The notes under the pieces are model-generated. The model saw nothing but the letters and a program-made list of their open reading frames with translations. It did no database searches and was not told the origin of the DNA. Positions 59,954-64,000 of a DNA stretch of 64,000 bases are shown here, one piece after another. The position numbers and the translations under genes are program-made. How positions within the stretch are numbered: the stretch's first letter is position 1; each line of letters starts with the position of its first letter. The stretch comes from Promethearchaeota archaeon (lineage in GTDB: Archaea > Asgardarchaeota > Lokiarchaeia > Sigyniarchaeales > SOKP01): NCBI GenBank assembly GCA_048938005.1, contig JBHLMQ010000010.1, positions 40,482 through 104,481 of the forward strand, given 5' to 3'.

Positions 59954-60961
59954 ATGAAAAAAATAAAAAATTTAATATTGTTTTTAATAATATTGATAAT
60001 GGTTCTCAATACCCCTTATGTATTATATTCTAGCAGGAGTCAATCTGAATTTGATTGTAATGAGAATTCACAAGAAAAAAATGTAAAAGGTGCTTACTAT
60101 ACGCCCGTTTCACCAATAACAATAAATGGTAACAGTGGTTGGAACACTGCTGCGCTAACAGAACCTTGGTGTTCTGGTTCAGGAACTTGGAATGATCCAT
60201 ATATTATTGAAGATATTTCAGTTGATGGTTTAAATACTAGCACTTGCATTTCAATTTCAGATTCAACTGTATATTTCATAATCAGAGACTCTTTATGTAC
60301 TAATGCAGGTAGGGAACTACCTTCTGAACGTGGTGGGATAGAATTATATAATGTTAAAAATGGAGCTTTAATCAATAATGATTGTTCAAATGATAATTCC
60401 AGGGGTATTAAAATAATTAACTGCAATAACATTACTATCCTAAATAATCAAGCAAATAATAATAAATGGAGTGGAATTAGTGTTGGAGGAAGCACTAATA
60501 ACAAAGTTTCGGGTAATACTGCGAGGAATAATCATGATGGAATATATCTATCCGGTTCCTCAATTAAAAATCTTGTTGATAATAATGTTGTGAGATCTAA
60601 TAGCTACAGAGGAATAAGACTTACTAATTCTAATAATAACACAATTTTTAAAAATAAAGCATCAGAATCTGATAGTGGAATAGATTTAACCACTTCTCAT
60701 TTTAATAATATATCAGAAAATACATTAAGTTATAACACAATATATGGCGTATCTCTGCTTTATTCTAATAATAACACAATTTTTAAAAACACTTTCAAAT
60801 GTAATAAAAAGGACATTGATGAATTTTCCTCTAGTGGAAACATTATTGAAGAAAATATTTATGAACCATGTGCAATACCTGGCTTCGATTTGTATATCAT
60901 GATTGGCATATTGGGCATTATATCGATTATTATTGGTAAAAAATTAAAAAAATTTAAATGA
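59954..60961 (+). CDS. secreted NosD-type beta-helix protein with Loki-CTERM-like anchor
   Basis: WCSGSGTWNDPYIIE, GIxL..S.NN repeats, IPGF-TM-basic tail. Confidence 0.88.
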   Translation: MKKIKNLILFLIILIMVLNTPYVLYSSRSQSEFDCNENSQEKNVKGAYYTPVSPITINGNSGWNTAALTEPWCSGSGTWNDPYIIEDISVDGLNTSTCISISDSTVYFIIRDSLCTNAGRELPSERGGIELYNVKNGALINNDCSNDNSRGIKIINCNNITILNNQANNNKWSGISVGGSTNNKVSGNTARNNHDGIYLSGSSIKNLVDNNVVRSNSYRGIRLTNSNNNTIFKNKASESDSGIDLTTSHFNNISENTLSYNTIYGVSLLYSNNNTIFKNTFKCNKKDIDEFSSSGNIIEENIYEPCAIPGFDLYIMIGILGIISIIIGKKLKKFK

Positions 60962-61372
60962 AGAGAGTTTTGAAAGAAAATCACGATTTCATAAAAGAGA
61001 AATGGATAAAAAGGGATTAAAGATCTTCGTTAAAAATGGGATTTTATCTTCATCATAAGGTAAAATTCTGAACAATCTTAAAAATTTCTTTTTCTTTTTT
61101 TTAAGTCTTTTGTTTTCGGATAAAAAGTGTTCAGTAATATTAGGAATTCTATAAGATTTGTTCATTTTCTTTAATATTTTTATGATTTTTTATCGCCTTC
61201 TTTTTTGTCGTTTCATAATTTACATAAGTGGGAAAATGAGGGGAAAGTTTAAATAGTTAAAATAAATATTATAATTAATACATAATAAATAATTGATAAT
61301 TCGTTCAGATAATTAAAAATTAATCTGGAGGTTTGTTCAAAAAAAAATTGGAAATTTTTTTGGTGGTAATAA

Positions 61373-61561
61373 ATGCAAAAATTTACTTGCGGAGTCAAAC
61401 ATAATTTCGATTCTGGAGTTATAATTGATAGTGATGATCGAAAGAAATATGAGTGGAATTGTAGTACTTGTGAATTGCAAGGAAAAACAATAACAAAAGA
61501 AGAACTCAAGGTTTTCAAGGCCAGTGGAAGGGTTAATTGTCCACTTTTAACCTACGAATAA
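61373..61561 (+). CDS. small Cys/His-containing hypothetical protein
   Basis: 62 aa, GGTGG upstream, C..H, CxxC, C. Confidence 0.55.
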   Translation: MQKFTCGVKHNFDSGVIIDSDDRKKYEWNCSTCELQGKTITKEELKVFKASGRVNCPLLTYE

Positions 61562-61693
61562 GAAATTCTATTTGTGATTATATTTTTTTTATTTTCTTTT
61601 TTTTAATCATTGAGTAGTTAAATTAAAAAGCCTTTTCTAAATTATTTCACTAAAGATTTTTATAGATATTAGTTAATAATTAAGTGAAATAAT

Positions 61694-62797
61694 TTGTCAA
61701 GTCCTAATGAACGTTATAGAATTGATAATTTTTATGCGAAATCTTTAGAAAATAATCCATTGAATAGTCCTGTGGATAGAGATATTAATATATATTTACC
61801 GCCCGGATATTTCGAAGATAATAGTAAAAAGTTTCCTATTATCTATCTTCTTCATGGTTATTCTTTAAACAATAGAATGTGGACAATTACATGGGAAGAT
61901 GATGAAAATAAATTCTTGAATTTCAATGTTTTACCACCAAATATTATAGAGAAAATAGATCTAGAAAATTTGTTATCTTTTGAAAAATTTGACGATTTAA
62001 TCGAAAGTGGCAATTTAAATCCTTTTATTTTGGTTCAACCGGACGCAAGTCTCCATTTACCTCAAATAAGCGGTCGAAAGGACTTAAGAAATATACCCTT
62101 TAAAAAAGGCAGCTATTACGTTAATTCTACTTTCTCGGGTAATTATATGGATTATATTATTTATGATGTTATTGATTATGTAGATAATCATTATCGAACA
62201 ATACCAGACAAAGCCCATAGAGCTTTAATAGGAGCATCTATGGGAGGGTATGGGGCATTATATCTATGTGTATATCATCCTGAAAAATTTAATTCTGTTG
62301 TAGCATTAAGTCCAGCTAACATAAGAGGTATTAATTCAATTGATTGGAAATTAAGAGTACCCTTGTATAAAGAGATTTTTGGAACTGAGATGAGCAATAA
62401 ACTAGGAGATATGGCATGGGCAGATATTTTAGATACTCATGATTTAGTTCTATCAAAAAATAATCTCTTAATACCATCAATTAAACGAGATAATGATGGA
62501 AGCATAATAGATTATAATAAAGAAGCAGAAAATAACTGGAGAAAGTTTGATATCAATGATTTAATCAGACAAAATTCTGATGCACTTAAAGAGCTCCATA
62601 TTTTATTTAATTGCGAGAAAACTGATGAATTTGGTCTTACGGGGGCGTCAGAACGCCTTCATGAGACATTATCAGAATTGAATATTCAACATGAATATGA
62701 AATTTATACTGAGCCCAAAGCAGCGTTATCTCCTCATATAATGGGGATAGGCTCAAAAATAATGGATGGGATACGGTTTTGTCTCAAATACTTTTAA
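61694..62797 (+). CDS. alpha/beta hydrolase, putative esterase family
   Basis: IYLPPGY, IYLLHG, YVDNHYRTI, GASMGGYGA, terminal His. Confidence 0.85.
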   Translation: MSSPNERYRIDNFYAKSLENNPLNSPVDRDINIYLPPGYFEDNSKKFPIIYLLHGYSLNNRMWTITWEDDENKFLNFNVLPPNIIEKIDLENLLSFEKFDDLIESGNLNPFILVQPDASLHLPQISGRKDLRNIPFKKGSYYVNSTFSGNYMDYIIYDVIDYVDNHYRTIPDKAHRALIGASMGGYGALYLCVYHPEKFNSVVALSPANIRGINSIDWKLRVPLYKEIFGTEMSNKLGDMAWADILDTHDLVLSKNNLLIPSIKRDNDGSIIDYNKEAENNWRKFDINDLIRQNSDALKELHILFNCEKTDEFGLTGASERLHETLSELNIQHEYEIYTEPKAALSPHIMGIGSKIMDGIRFCLKYF

Positions 62798-62809
62798 AAA
62801 GAAAGCAGC

Positions 62810-64000
62810 TTATAAAAGCATTGCTTTAAAAAATTTTGGACTTAATGTTATTTTTGAAAGAGTTGGGAGTTTTGAAAACCATTTTTCTCCAACATATCTG
62901 TCATTACTAGTGTTATGGTTCGCTAGATTATGATTAATATATGCTTCATAAATATATTTTCTCGCTTTTTTATTTTCATTAAGCAATTCTGTATATAGGC
63001 GCCATAATGACTTAACGTAGGAACCCTCATTATAGATTAAATACTCAAGAGCGTTTCCATTTTTAAAATAGGTCATCAAAACTCTTTTAACTTCTTGATC
63101 ATATTTTTGTAATTCTAATCGGTTAAAATTGCTACCTTTTTCTAACAAGGGCTTTAAAATGTTAGTTGCAATGTCGGCACATGCTACCCCTGGCAACAAT
63201 CCTTCATAAAAAAAAGCAGTTACTATTCCAGCTGCTTCCCCAAGAACAAGAACTCGATCCTGTGAGAATTTTTTTATAGGATGTTTCGATATATCTCCTA
63301 CTACAGCAGTTGATAAATCATATTTCAAACCATCAATGAAAGGTTGAATTCTTTGGTAATTCTTTAAAATCCTATCGAGTTTAGCTAGAATTGCATCTTT
63401 AGATTCATTTCGTTCGCCTAGAAATCCAGCAGAAATTCGCTCTTTTCCCTTATTAAAGAAAAATGGACCATTTCTACTGATTTTAGGATTGATATGAAAC
63501 GTATAATTAAACTCCAAATTCTGATTAATTTTATCTTCATCTCCAAATAAATGAAGATAGGTTCCTGTATACGAGTCCGGAATTCCGAAGCCTAAAGAAC
63601 GCTGGAGTTCAAATCCACGAGAACCAGTTGCTAAGGCTAATAATTTCGTTGAATAAGACTCACCCTTAGTATTGATTAATTCTAAATGTTCACTATGACG
63701 ATTAATTTTTGAAATTCTCTCATTAGAATTAAATTTTCCATGTTCTTCAAGCTGATTGATTAAATCTCTTATGATGTTTTCTGTATAACAGATATTTCCT
63801 AAAGGAATTCCGAATTCTGTTGAATCGATAACACCATTAAATTCATCACTCATATAATTAGATTTAGTATGAGGGCACGGAAAGATTGTTTTGTTTTCCC
63901 AATCAATTTCTTCTCTGATAAAAGGTCTATTATGTTCGGGAAATATATTTGTTCTAATTGGTATTTCCTTTCGATAATCTTGAGCTTCAATTAGAAGTGT
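62810..64000 (-). CDS. FAD-dependent oxidoreductase, geranylgeranyl-reductase-like (5' end outside window)
   Basis: ALATGS, VLVLGEAAGIVTAFFYEGL; frame stays open from 63853 to the window edge. Confidence 0.7.
   Translation of the reverse strand, partial: TLLIEAQDYRKEIPIRTNIFPEHNRPFIREEIDWENKTIFPCPHTKSNYMSDEFNGVIDSTEFGIPLGNICYTENIIRDLINQLEEHGKFNSNERISKINRHSEHLELINTKGESYSTKLLALATGSRGFELQRSLGFGIPDSYTGTYLHLFGDEDKINQNLEFNYTFHINPKISRNGPFFFNKGKERISAGFLGERNESKDAILAKLDRILKNYQRIQPFIDGLKYDLSTAVVGDISKHPIKKFSQDRVLVLGEAAGIVTAFFYEGLLPGVACADIATNILKPLLEKGSNFNRLELQKYDQEVKRVLMTYFKNGNALEYLIYNEGSYVKSLWRLYTELLNENKKARKYIYEAYINHNLANHNTSNDRYVGEKWFSKLPTLSKITLSPKFFKAMLL

Noticed and set aside
61249-61518. 89-aa minus-strand ORF
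   Set aside because: Overlaps the plus-strand Cys-containing ORF that has a better ribosome-binding site; low-complexity AT-rich translation
1-64000. Many other 60-115 aa ORFs in the track that overlap long genes (e.g. 2866-3624, 8084-8401, 24495-25271, 35999-36268, 60097-60432)
   Set aside because: Antisense or off-frame to well-supported genes and without motifs
1-64000. CRISPR array, rRNA, integrase or transposase
   Set aside because: No regularly spaced repeats or recognisable motifs seen; the repeats in kelch, NosD and FG-GAP genes are protein-level

Overview
AT-rich archaeal chromosome segment, almost certainly from an Asgard archaeon of the Lokiarchaeia type: it has an archaeal histone, an Sm/Lsm protein, an intron-containing tRNA-Arg(CCT), roadblock-fused Rab-like GTPases, a longin-like protein, a RING-TPR protein and several IPG[YF]-TM-basic (Loki-CTERM-like) surface proteins. 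About 55 CDS are present, mostly metabolic (acetoacetate-CoA ligase, ACD alpha, CoA-transferase III, glycerate kinase, LpdA, AOR with MoaD, thiN/thiD/thiC, GNATs, LLM). I saw no integrase, transposase, rRNA or CRISPR array. The most notable structures are: (1) an island in which three surface-protein genes share a palindromic operator (TTTGAAC-N5-GT[AT]C[GA]AA) and are interleaved with two paralogous membrane-anchored winged-helix regulators; (2) a TPR gene whose 3' end recurs twice downstream, bracketing blocks of cargo genes, with the same pattern at thiN; (3) a tandem pair of roadblock-GTPase-pseudoGTPase proteins divergent from a RING-TPR gene; (4) a cluster of longin, cytoplasmic BBS2-like propeller and beta-sandwich genes; (5) three genes that appear to start at ATT/ATA. 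All family calls come from motif recognition by eye; no searches were run.
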